Origin: Octopus sinensis
Taxonomy: Eukaryota
NCBI RefSeq assembly: GCF_006345805.1
Contig: NC_043016.1
Coordinates: 23,684,001-23,748,000 of the forward strand
Reading direction: 5' to 3'
DNA: 64,000 nucleotides
The notes under the pieces were generated by a model, which saw nothing but the letters and a program-made list of their open reading frames with translations, did not search any database and was not told the DNA's origin. Positions 36,392 to 48,135 of this stretch are shown here, piece after piece. Position 1 is the first letter of the stretch; every line of letters begins with the position of its first letter. A program made the position numbers and the translations under genes.

Positions 36392-37045
36392 TCATCATCA
36401 TCATCATTATCATTATCATCATCGTTTAACGTCCGCTTTCTATACTGGCTGGGTTGGACGGTTTGACTGGGGACTGGCAAGCCAGGAGGCTACACCAGGC
36501 TCCAATCTGATCTGGCAAGGTTTCTACAGCTGAATGCCCTTCCTGATGCCAACCACTCTCAGAGTGCAGTGGGTGCTTTTTACATGCCATTAGCATGAGA
36601 GCCAGTCAGGCAGTACTGGCAATGACCCATGCGTGCATGGTGTTTATAGCATGCCAGTCAGGCAGCACTGGCATCAGCCACAACTACAATTTCCATTTGA
36701 TTGTGATTTGATTTAATTTGATTTTGATTTTACTTGACTCAATAGGTCTCCTCAAGCATGGCATGTCACCTGTTATGTGACACTGGTGTAGGCTAAGCTG
36801 TGATCTCATTTTACTTGCCAGGTCTTCTCAATCACAGCATATCTCCAGAGGTCTTGGTCTTTCGTCATTGTCTAATGTTTGAAGGTCATGCTTCACCACA
36901 TCATCCCATGTCTTCCTGGATCTCCTTCTTCCACAGGTTCCTTCAACTGTTAGAGAGTGACACTTCTTCACAGAGCTCTCCTTATCAATATGCAACACAT
37001 GACCATACCAGCGCAGTTGTCTCTCTTGCACAACATGGTTGATGC
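36392..37045 (-). mobile_element. RTE LINE 3' end
   Basis: ORF 36828..37031 QERQLRWYGHVLHIDKES...TWDDVVKHDL plus UTR and (TGA)n tail. Confidence 0.92.
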
Positions 37046-37068
37046 TTCATATGTCAAACATTTCTCTC

Positions 37069-37245
37069 AGGCAAAATCTCATCAGAGGAGTAGAAAAGAT
37101 ATACCATTGGGTTATTAGGTACTGTGTTTTCAAATCATCTCAGCAGTGTTTTCAAATCATCTAGGCCGACTGCTGAGATAATTTGAAAGCAGCACCTAAT
37201 AACCTAATGGTATATCTTTTCTACTCCTCTGATGAGATTTTGTCT
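37069..37245. repeat. 177-bp fold-back (about 77-bp arms)
   Basis: AGGCAAAATCTCATCAGAGGAGTAGAAAAGATATACCATT... and its reverse complement ending GATGAGATTTTGTCT. Confidence 0.92.
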
Positions 37246-37361
37246 AATACAATGATTTAATTATTGTAATTTAATCTTTAGGCTAAATTGAAACAGCTGT
37301 AAGGGAATATGTCAGATTTTTGCAGTTAATAAATTATATTAATGCTACATCTCCATGGGTA

Positions 37362-38251
37362 TGTGTGGTCTGATCAATAAGTATCCAGACTGTTTCCGTA
37401 GTAATGAAGCTAAAATATGTAGAGTGAAGCTACTTGGCACAGATTGACCTTGAACTCTGCTGTGCATGTGCACTAAGTTTTAACATACTAACTGACTTTG
37501 TTGCTTACAGCAGTACTTGGAAGGAAGGTGTGTATTGTATGATTGTCGCATTGACCATGACAGAAAAAGTTGAGCAGAGAATCTGCATCTAATTTTGCCA
37601 AAAGCTAGACAATATCTGCTCAGAGGCCTACAGAAAGTTTTCAAAATGTTTGCACCATACTCGACACAATCAAGGAGATCTTGTGCAACTGAAACCCGAG
37701 TGTCTTTTTGGTCAGCTGAAAGCAGTCTTGGCACAAACTTGGCGTCTCATACCCAAGTCTTCAAGAGATAATGGACTGAACTGAACTGTAACTAATCTGC
37801 ACATCCTCTGATACCTCACAGATGGTGATTCAACAATTTCCCCTCAGAGCTGCACACGTATCTGTAATGTTTTTCTCATTTCTGTTGGTTGTGGATCTCA
37901 CAGAACGTTCATCAATATCAACATTTTTTTTGGTCATCTTGGAAACATCCAAACTACTCATACACTTGTGTGTTGCTCATACACTCCTCTCCATACACTT
38001 TCTGCAACATTGCATAGGCTTCTGAGCAGGTATTGCCATGACAACTTTCTCTGTCAAGGTCAATGCGATGATCACACACTACACACTTTCCTTCGAAGCA
38101 CTGCTGTAAACAACGGAATTGAGCTAGAATGTTAAAACTTAGTGTGCAAGCACAGCAGAGTTCAAGGGTAATCTGTGCCAAGTGGCTTCACTCGGCATGA
38201 TTTAGCTTCGTTACTATGGCAACAGTCCAAATACTTATTGACCAGACCTCG
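37362..38251. mobile_element. mariner derivative made of two 5' ends
   Basis: Both ends carry the TIR GGTCTG(A/G)TCAATAAGTAT, the 5'UTR and the transposase start (MTEKVEQRICI on the left; CSEAYAMLQKVYGEECMSNTQVYEW on the right, minus strand). Confidence 0.85.
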
Positions 38252-38257
38252 TATGTA

Positions 38258-38322
<65 letters not shown>

Positions 38323-38324
<2 letters not shown>

Positions 38325-38627
38325 AGGTTCAATGGCCCAGTGGTTAGGGCAGCAGACTCATGGTCGTTGGATTGCGGTTTCAATTCCCAGACAGGGTGTT
38401 GTGAGTGTTTGTTGAGCAAAAACACCTAAAGCTTCATGAGGCTCTGGCAGGGGTAGTGGCGATCCATACTGCACTCTTTCACCACAACTTTCTCTCATTC
38501 TTTCTTCTGTTGGCCTGCTCACTTAGCCAGCGGGGTGGTGTCATTTGAAGGCTAAAACAGTGTGAAGCGCATTGTGAACAGCGATGTGTAGCAACATCTG
38601 ATAGCCTGGTCAGTCACGGTGGTCATG

Positions 38628-38632
<5 letters not shown>
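38323..38632 (+). mobile_element. tRNA-derived SINE family C
   Basis: TGGCCCAGTGGTTAGGGCAG A-box, GGTTTCAATTCCC B-box, ends in (TA)n. Second copy at 40064-40375. Confidence 0.85.
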
Positions 38633-38666
<34 letters not shown>

Positions 38667-39014
38667 TCTTTATTGAAGAAGAAAATCATAATTAGGTTTG
38701 ATGAAAAACTACAGAAATTACAGAAAATATTTCATGAAGTATTTTGCAAGAAATAAGCTTGATTTATTTGAACAAATTTTAAAAGCAAAACTACCAACTA
38801 GCTTGGGTTTGTTGAAGACAAGGTGATAGCCATATTGTTCCAATGATTTAGGTTTTCTAACACTTAATGCTAGAACTAACTGGTTATACTATTGTATACT
38901 GGTTAGTCTCACCATAAAAAAAAAGTACAATAATGACAATACAATATTTATTATTAGATTCTGTTTCACTGTCAATGCAAACTGTATAACAATGAGTCAG
39001 CACAGCCTTGTTAG

Positions 39015-39133
39015 AATTACATCATCATTGTTATCATCATCATCACTGCTACCACCACCACCACCACAATCGTCATTGTCATCAGGATTTTCATCATCTT
39101 CATCATCATCTTCATCATCATCATCATCTTCAC

Positions 39134-39179
<46 letters not shown>

Positions 39180-39345
39180 GTCATCATCGTCATTGTCCTC
39201 ATCATCATTGTTGTTGTTGTTGTCATCATCGTTGTCACCATCCTCATCATCATTATTATCACCGTTGTTGTCAATGTAATTATCATCATCATCATAGTCA
39301 TCATCAATGTCATCAGTGGTAGCAGCAGCAGCAGCATTTTACTTC
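39015..39345. repeat. (CAT)n/(CAC)n/(TTG)n trinucleotide array (copy at 40755-41080)
   Basis: Direct reading; source of the poly-His/Ser/Met ORFs. Confidence 0.95.
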
Positions 39346-39594
39346 TGATTGCTTAGCTGGCATTGGTCAGATGAGTTAACATGGTTTGTGACTATTCTTA
39401 TTTTCAGTTACTGCCCTCCCAGGTGAGTTGGTGGACATGGTCAGTAAGGATATTGAGATTCTTATTTAGGTTGCAGTTGTGGCTGTGTAGTAAGAAGCTT
39501 GTTTCCCAACCACATGGTTCTTGGTTCAGCCCCACTGCATGACACCTGGGTCAACCAAAGCCTTGTAAGTGGATTTGGTTGATAGAAACTGAAA

Positions 39595-40010
39595 GGCGGT
39601 GAGCTGGCAGAGACATTAGCTCACTGAGCGAAATGCTTAGCGGTATTTCGTCTGTCTTTACGTTCTGAGTTCAAATTCCGCCAAGGTCGACTTTGCCTTT
39701 CATTCTTTCGGGGTCGATAAACTAAGTACCAGTTACGCACTGGGGTCGATATAATCGACTTAATCCATTTGTCTGTCCTTGTTTGTCCCTTCTGTGTTTA
39801 GCTCCTTGTAGGTAGTAAAGAAATAGATATCCCGTCTGTCTTTACATTCTGAGTTCAAATTCCTCCAAGGTCAACTTTGTCTTTCATCCTTTCGGGGTCG
39901 ATTAAATAAGTACCAGTTACGCACTGGGGTTGATATAATTGACTAAATCTGTTTGTCTGTCCTTATTTGTCCCCTTTATGTGCAGCCCCTTGTGGACAGT
40001 AAAGAAATAA
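39595..40010 (+). mobile_element. SINE family B dimer inserted in a family A SINE (copy at about 41335-41750)
   Basis: Full copy plus 5'-truncated copy; AGAAACTGAAA repeated on both sides. Confidence 0.85.
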
Positions 40011-40030
40011 GAAACTGAAAGAAGCCTGTC

Positions 40031-40062
<32 letters not shown>

Positions 40063-40370
40063 TGGAGGTTCAATGGCCCAGTGGTTAGGGCAGCAGACTC
40101 ATGGTCGTTGGATTGCGGTTTCAATTCCCAGACAGGGTGTTGTGAGTGTTTGTTGAGCAAAAACACCTAAGCTTCATGAGGCTCTGGCAGGGGTAGTGGC
40201 GGATCCATACTGCACTCTTTCACCACAACTTTCTCTCATCTTTCTTCTGTTGGCCTGCTCACTTAGCCAGCGGGGTGGTGGTGTCATTTGAAGGCTAAAA
40301 CAGTGTGAAGCGCATTGTGAACAGCGATGTGTAGCAACATCTGATAGCCTGGTCAGTCACGGTGGTCATG

Positions 40371-40407
<37 letters not shown>

Positions 40408-40874
40408 TCTTTATTGAAGAAGAAAATCATAATTAGGTTTGATGAAAAACTACAGAAATTACAGAAAATATTTCATGAAGTATTTTGCAAGAAATAAGCT
40501 TGATTTATTTGAACAAATTTTAAAAGCAAAACTACCAACTAGCTTGGGTTTGTTGAAGACAAGGTGATAGCCATATTGTTCCAATGATTTAGGTTTTCTA
40601 ACACTTAATGCTAGAACTAACTGGTTATACTATTGGTATACTGGTTAGTCTCACCATAAAAAAAAAGTACAATAATGACAATACAATATTTATTATTAGA
40701 TTCTGTTTCACTGTCAATGCAAACTGTATAACAATGAGTCAGCACAGCCTTGTTAGAATTACATCATCATTGTTATCATCATCATCACTGCTACCACCAC
40801 CACCACCACAATCGTCATTGTCATCAGGATTTTCATCATCTCATCATCATCTTCATCATCATCATCATCTTCAC

Positions 40875-40920
<46 letters not shown>

Positions 40921-41768
40921 GTCATCATCGTCATGTCCTCATCATCATTGTTGTTGTTGTTGTCATCATCGTTGTCACCATCCTCATCATCATTATTATC
41001 ACCGTTGTTGTCAATGTAATTATCATCATCATCATAGTCATCATCAATGTCATCAGTGGTAGCAGCAGCAGCAGCATTTTACTTCTGATTGCTTAGCTGG
41101 CATTGGTCAGATGAGTTAACATGGTTTGTGACTATTCTTATTTTCAGTTACTGCCCTCCCAGGTGAGTTGGTGGACATGGTCAGTAAGGATATTGAGATT
41201 CTTATTTAGGTGCAGTTGTGGCTGTGTAGTAAGAAGCTTGTTTCCCAACCACATGGTTCTTGGTTCAGCCCCACTGCATGACACCTTGGGTCAACCAAAG
41301 CCTTGTAAGTGGATTTGGTTGATAGAAACTGAAAGGCGGTGAGCTGGCAGAGACATTAGCTCACTGAGCGAAATGCTTAGCGGTATTTCGTCTGTCTTTA
41401 CGTTCTGAGTTCAAATTCCGCCAGGTCGACTTTGCCTTTCATTCTTTCGGGGTCGATAAACAAGTACCAGTTACGCACTGGGGTCGATATAATCGACTTA
41501 ATCCATTTGTCTGTCCTTGTTTGTCCCTTCTGTGTTTAGCTCCTTGTAGGTAGTAAAGAAATAGATATCCCGTCTGTCTTTACATTCTGAGTTCAAATTC
41601 CTCCAAGGTCAACTTTGTCTTTCATCCTTTCGGGGTCGATTAAATAAGTACCAGTTACGCACTGGGGTTGATATAATTGACTAAATCTGTTTGTCTGTCC
41701 TTATTTGTCCCCTTTATGTGCAGCCCCTTGTGGACAGTAAAGAAATAAGAAACTGAAAGAAGCCTGTC

Positions 41769-41800
<32 letters not shown>

Positions 41801-42499
41801 TTGTTCCCCTGCCATCGTTTGACAACTGATGTTGGTGTGTTTATGTCCCCATAATTTAGGGATTCAGCAAAAGAGACCAATAAAATAAGTATTAAGCTTA
41901 CAAAGAATAAGTCCTGGGGTCGATTTCTAAGAGTGAAACTCTTTAGGGTGGTGCTCCAGCATGGCCGCAGTTAAGTAAAAGAATAAAAGAATTTTTTTGT
42001 TTTTGCTATTGCCTTGATGAATTCCAGCTGTGGCTAACCTGTCAATGTACCTAAGACTACAATATATCCAATATGTGTATATTTTTAAAGACAGTAGGGC
42101 CTAATTTGGGAGAGATTTAGTTGTTATTTCTAGAAGATACAGCAATGGAGTACAAGTTTTACTGGAGCAAGTGTATCAGAATGAGTCAGACCAGATGAAT
42201 CAGGAGTGATATAAATGTTGCACAGGTCTGTTTGAGCAAGTATCTCAGAGCCTGTAATCCTATAATACCACTTGATGCTAAGGACTTTTTCTAAGACAGG
42301 TTCTGCAAAATAATTTATTAGCTTTCTTTTTTTAAAGGCTGATGAAATATAAGATATTGATATATAGTCTACCATCACTTACACACATATTGTATAAAGA
42401 AATGCCTGTTAAATTGTTTCTATTAATTACTGCAGCAGTAAACTCTCTTTCAATAAATTCTTTACTGTTTTTGGATGACAAAATGGAATGAATTCTTTT

Positions 42500-42620
42500 T
42501 TGGTTGGCCCGAGGCTATAGTGGAAGACACTTGCCCAAGGTACCACACAGTGGGACTGAACCCGGAATCATGTGATTGGTAAGTAAGCTACTTACCACAC
42601 ACCCACTCTTGCGCCTACAT
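42500..42620 (-). mobile_element. SINE family A head
   Basis: Reverse complement of AGGCGCAAGAGTGGGTGTGTGGTAAG...CTTGGGCAAGTGTCTTC. Confidence 0.85.
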
Positions 42621-42639
42621 ATATATATGTATTTTTCTG

Positions 42640-42995
42640 TTGTGTCTGGGGAGAGTTATTTTCTTTTTATGCTTTATAATTTAACACACTCACCAGTAAA
42701 ATTTCCACTTATTCTTTATTTTCATTGCGTCTTGCAACCTTTTCAATAGTCTTGACAGTCAAGCAATGGCTGGGGAACAAACACAGGCACACACACACGC
42801 ACACACACACACACACACACACAGTCAAGACTATTGAAAAGGTTGCAAGACGCAACAAAAATTTTAGGAAAATGAAAATAAGAAATAGTGGAAATTTTAC
42901 CGGTGAGTGTGTTAAATTATAAGGCACAAAAAGAAAACAGAATATGCTTCAACACACGAACTCACATAAAGAATCTTCCAAACCAAATCCCAAAC
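42640..42995. mobile_element. Penelope-like fold-back
   Basis: About 100-bp inverted arms around a (CA)n spacer. 42955-42994 is the reverse complement of 53728-53768, which lies upstream of a Penelope-like ORF. Confidence 0.65.
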
Positions 42996-43739
42996 CAAAT
43001 AATAATAATAAACCCATGTATTTTAATTTAACTTTAAAAAAAAAAATGAACCAACTAGTGTGTTTAGTTTAATGGCCTACCAATGTATACTATGAGTTTC
43101 TTTGCCCTAGGAGTCAGGAAGACACTCGGCAAGAAATGGAAGCAAATTTGAAAGAAGAAGAAAAAAAAAGATAACAATAATAATAATATAAATAATATAT
43201 ACATATGTATATATGTGTGTGTGTGTATGTATTCAATAGGTTACTACATAGTTTCCATCTTTCAAATTCCAAAAGTGTTCCACTGGCTAGAATAGCTTTA
43301 CTCACTTAGGGCTTATATATAACAGCAACAACAACATCAACAGTAGTAACACCAATAACCACAACAACCAAAACTAACCCTAGTAAAGTCCTCAAGAAAA
43401 CATACACGGCATCCAATCTGAATTTTCTTTCACCTATATCTCTTGGGTTATGTAGTCTGGGCAAAGGAAAAAAAAAATCAATATATGTGTCTCGGAAGTT
43501 TGGTAACGTTGGCACATATTTTTATTCCTTTGGCTAAAACAATCACCTTCCATTCTCATTCTTTTGGGTTTTTGTCTTTATTACTTTTCTATATTTTCTT
43601 TTTTAAAATTTTATTGGGCCCACTCATTTTTGTTGTATTTATTCTTGTTTAATTTCGATTACAACTGGACCGATTCCAGTTGGCTGATGACCCTTTTGTA
43701 AACATTTTACTCCAAATCTCTCTCTCTCACTCTCTCTCC

Positions 43740-43865
<126 letters not shown>

Positions 43866-44644
43866 ATACCTCACTCTCTATCTATCTTTATAGATCTTTC
43901 TCTTTATATGTGTGTATGTGTGTGTGCGTGTGTCTGTCTGACCCAATTCACTTTTGCACCTGCTTCTCTCTCCCAGTTGGTCCCCACACACTCTCTCTAC
44001 ATTTTTACCTGACCCTTGCTCTTTGTTGCCCTCTCTCTGTCATCGATATACATATGTACATATATACGTGCATGCATAAACACACACACACATCTACACA
44101 CATGTATGTTTGTGTTGTGTGTGTATAATTTGATGATGTTTGTTTCCGCATAGCATCATTGAATTTTGAATTTCCTGCCAAAGCTGACTGCGTCTTTTAT
44201 TCTTCCTGGTCAATGAAAATAAAGTATCAGTTAAGTACTAGGAATTGATTTAATGTTCTTATAAAGCATCTTTACAAGGTGAAACCTCACTTCTGTAGAA
44301 GTCATGAAAACAACACCCAGTATGTACTGTAAAGTGGTTGGCATTTGGAAGGGTATCCAACTATTGAAAGCATGCCAAAGCAGACACTGGAGCTCAATGC
44401 AGTGCTCCAATTTATCAGATACTGTTGAACATTCCAACCAGTGCCAGCATAGAAGATACACATTAAATGATGATGGTCATTATGACAATGCTGATAATAT
44501 AAAGACATACACACACAGACATACGTATATACATGTATATGTATATGTACATGTATATATATATATGTGTGTGTGTGTATGAACATTGAACTGCATCAAA
44601 TAAAGGAAAGAGATGTCTTCAGTATATATTATAGAGTAAAATGA

Positions 44645-44850
44645 CAAGCTGGCAGAATTGTTAGCCCGTCAGACAAAAATGCTTAACAGCATGTCGCCTG
44701 TCTTCATGTTCTGAGTTCAAATTCTGCCAAGGTCGATTTTGGCTTTCATCAATTTTGGGGTCAATACCAGTTGAACACTAGGGTCAATGTACTCAACTTA
44801 CCCACTTCCTGAAACTGCTGGCCTTGTGACAAAATTTTAGATCATTATAT
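44645..44850 (+). mobile_element. SINE family B-related copy
   Basis: AAGCTGGCAGAATTGTTAG head, GAGTTCAAATTC B-box, GGCCTTGTGACAAAATTT tail. Confidence 0.75.
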
Positions 44851-45074
44851 ATTGTGGAGGATATGGTTTACGACCTGCAATATGTAGAGTATATCAGCAA
44901 ACAAAAAATGTAAATTAATGTACAAAACCAAACAGGAGGTCTCACCCACAATAGTGAATATAAGTATTATCATACTACCAAAACTGAGGTGTAAGAGTTC
45001 TCACCTGATGATCACAGAGGCTTGAGACTCAAGTCATAAGATAAAAACGATTCAATCTACCATGCATATCTGTG

Positions 45075-45092
45075 TGTCTATCTATCTATCTA

Positions 45093-45163
<71 letters not shown>

Positions 45164-45235
45164 ATCTGCATGTCTGTCTGTCTATCTATCTATTTATCTG
45201 TCTTTCTATCCATCTGCTTGCCTGTTTGTCTATCT
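45075..45235. repeat. (CTGT)n/(CTAT)n microsatellite
   Basis: Direct reading. Confidence 0.95.
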
Positions 45236-45376
45236 ATAAGATCTTTAACATATACCAAAATTATCATGTTGCTGCTGTTCAGCGTGTGACAATCACTGGT
45301 TGTCGATGAAAAGTAGGTCTCCCTTTGCAAATATATACCCTTTTTCCAGTGATGAAAAGTCACTGATATTGAAAAA

Positions 45377-45417
<41 letters not shown>

Positions 45418-45974
45418 TGCATGTTTGTGTGGGTGTAAGTAGTGTGTGTGAAAGTGATATTCTATACTAGTGAGCACTTGAGTGAAACGGTCATAATGCT
45501 GACTTTCCTTATTGACATTATGACCCAAGTCTCTCAATTGTTTAGAAAAGAAAAAGATACAAAACCCACATTTACTTGAAAAGCATGTAATTGCTAATGG
45601 CAGAAAGAATGTCTGGCTGTAAAATACTGCTTAGAATAACTTTCTCCATCCAAATCCATGTTAATTTGGAGAGAAAAACAGATGTTAAATGAAAGAATTA
45701 AAGAATGAAAAGCAAACATAGTCATGTGGTTGAGAAGCTTATTTGGTAAGCACCTGGTTTCAGGTTCACTCCTGCTGCTTGGTATCTTGGACAAGTCTTG
45801 TATCAGAGTCCTGGGCTGACAAATACCTTTTGTGTGAATTTGATGGCCAGAACATATATATATATATATGAAGCCTATCATGTGTGTGTGTGTGTGTGTG
45901 TGTGCATGCATTTGTGTATATGTATGTGCACATATGCATGTGTGTGTGTGCATTTAACTTTTTATTATCTAAAT

Positions 45975-45988
45975 GTATGAGCATTCGT

Positions 45989-46019
<31 letters not shown>

Positions 46020-46375
46020 TATGTCTATGCATGTGCGTATAAGTGTGTGCGCCTGTGTATGCATGTGTGTGTGTCTGTGCATGCATGTGTGTGTGTCTGT
46101 GTGTGTCTGTGTATGTATGTGTGTGTATGTCTGTGTATGCATGTGTGTGTCTGTGTATGTATGCATGTGTGTGCGTCTGTGTATGCATGTGTGTGTGTGT
46201 CTGTGTATGCATGTGTATCTGTGTATGTCTGTGTATGTATGCATGTGTGTGTCTGTGTATGCATGTGTGTGTCTGTGTATGCATGTGTGTGTGTCTGTAT
46301 GCATGTGTGTGTCTGTATGTGTCTGTGTATGTATGCGTGTGTGTGTGTATGTGTGTGTGTGCATGCATCAATGCA
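45975..46375. repeat. TG-derived minisatellite (about 20-24-nt GTGTGTGTCTGTGTATGCAT units)
   Basis: Direct reading. Confidence 0.9.
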
Positions 46376-46764
46376 CATACATATGTCATGCAAAAAGTTG
46401 CAAATAATCTAACGTGGTGGGTGACATAGATGACATCCATGTTTATTGTGAGTTATTGTAATCAGTTTCAAAATGTCAAATAAATTAAGAAAGCTGAGTC
46501 CATGATGTAACTCTATACGCAATGTAAGACACTCACTTTCAAATGGCTATTGTTTTATTTTCAACAAGTATAACAGGTTTCATAGCTCTTGAAAAATCTA
46601 TTTAAAAGAAAGGGAGAGAAGATATTTTTTTTATTTATTTAACATATATATATTTATTTATTTTTGCAATCAATCATTTGGAACATAAATTTTAACATGA
46701 CTTGTGTATGAATTTGCAGATAATAATGTTTTACTAATTAGTCGAACAGAGAGGAAAATGACAG

Positions 46765-46816
<52 letters not shown>

Positions 46817-46879
46817 TAAGCAGAATTGATTAAGAACTTACTGCAGAGTAATTACTGCTAAACTAGCAGAGGTGCCAGA

Positions 46880-47050
46880 CAGACAAAGGGATTAAGTCGA
46901 TTACATATACCCCAGCGTATAACTGGTACTTAATTTATCGACACTGAGAGGATTTAAAGCAAAGTCAACCTCGGCAGAATTTGAACTCAGAACATAATGG
47001 CAGATGAAATACCGCTAAGCATTTTGCCCGGTGAGCTAACGTTTCTGTGG
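46880..47050 (-). mobile_element. SINE family B, truncated
   Basis: Reverse-complement B-box and central domain. Confidence 0.8.
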
Positions 47051-47733
47051 AAACATTCTGATGGCGCTTAACTATCAATAACTCATTCTGATGGCACTTA
47101 ACTATCAATAACTCATTGTGCTGCGTCTATGACTAATGCACTTAACTGTCAACAGTCCAGTCTACCTAGCTGTAAGTAGGTACCACATGGTGGTATAATA
47201 GTCCACTGTCCTGTGTCCACAACTAAGACAAATAACTGACAACATTCCAATCTACCTGGCTTTTAAGTAGGTGCCACTGTGAGATATAGTTCAATGTACT
47301 TTGATAGTCTTGTCAGTGATAAGTTGCACCTAGTTCATACTGTAAAATATGAACTGGTAGCATGATGTAACACCAGAAGAAAAAAGAAAGGAGACTAATA
47401 AAGGGAGATGATGTATGGTAGAAGTTGACCACTGAGTCTTGTTAGAGAAAAACTCCTCTCCAACACTTGTGGTGTAATAAAATGCATCCAGCATACACAC
47501 TTTTACCTGGATGCTAATAGGAAGGCATCCAGCTGTAAAAATCATTCAAAAATAAACCACCATATATGTCTGTTTCTGCACACATATGCATGTGTGTGTG
47601 CACACCTGATGATAAAGAACCATGATAAAGTATTGAAAAATGGATACAAAGATAATTATGATGATAACAATGATGACAAACATAGTGGTGATGATGATGG
47701 CCAATGATGAACCTGCTGATGAAGGCTTTCTTA

Positions 47734-48135
47734 TCTATAATATAAACTGGACATGGGCGATCGTTGTATTCTTTCTTGTCTTCAGGTTCACAGCCAAACG
47801 GCTGGGTGGATTTGCGTGAAAAAGGGCACACATGTGGAGATGGATGCATAGATTGGAATGCAGTTTTTTATTTTTTTCCTAACCCCCATACTTACCGAGA
47901 AAATCGATTAAAACGTCTTCTAATGGAATTCCCCTCTTTCTTCCGCCATTAAAACAACCAGTTGTTTTCTGATGGGGTGGGGTCAGAAAATTTTCATACA
48001 ACTGGAGGTTCCAATCAAAACAGGGGACCCGAAATGATAAGGTTGAGAAACGCTGTTGTATAGATTATGCCTAATCGAAAACGATCACAGCTACATCATC
48101 CAAACAGACCAGGTAAAACTGGGCTTAGCTGCTAG
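47734..48135 (+). mobile_element. non-autonomous Helitron (Lep1-like)
   Basis: A|TCTATAATATAAA 5' end, AAACGGCTGGGTGGATTTG core, CCAG-GTAAAA-CTGG hairpin about 11 nt before CTAG|T. Confidence 0.72.

Larger units (their letters stand above)
38323..41800. repeat. tandem duplication, two units of about 1741 bp
   Basis: 38323-40063 repeats at 40064-41800; differences are almost all 1-3 nt indels. Confidence 0.95.

Noticed and set aside
38992-39337. Poly-His/Ser/Met ORFs (also 5733-6291, 6756-7061, 40608-41096)
   Set aside because: Trinucleotide microsatellites open in several frames, with no coding context.
43085-43125. Hammerhead-like motif on minus
   Set aside because: Core reads CTGACTC and stem I does not pair.
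44995-45045. Hammerhead-like CTGATGA...GAGA CTCAAG TC
   Set aside because: GAGA instead of GAAA, and weak stems I and II.
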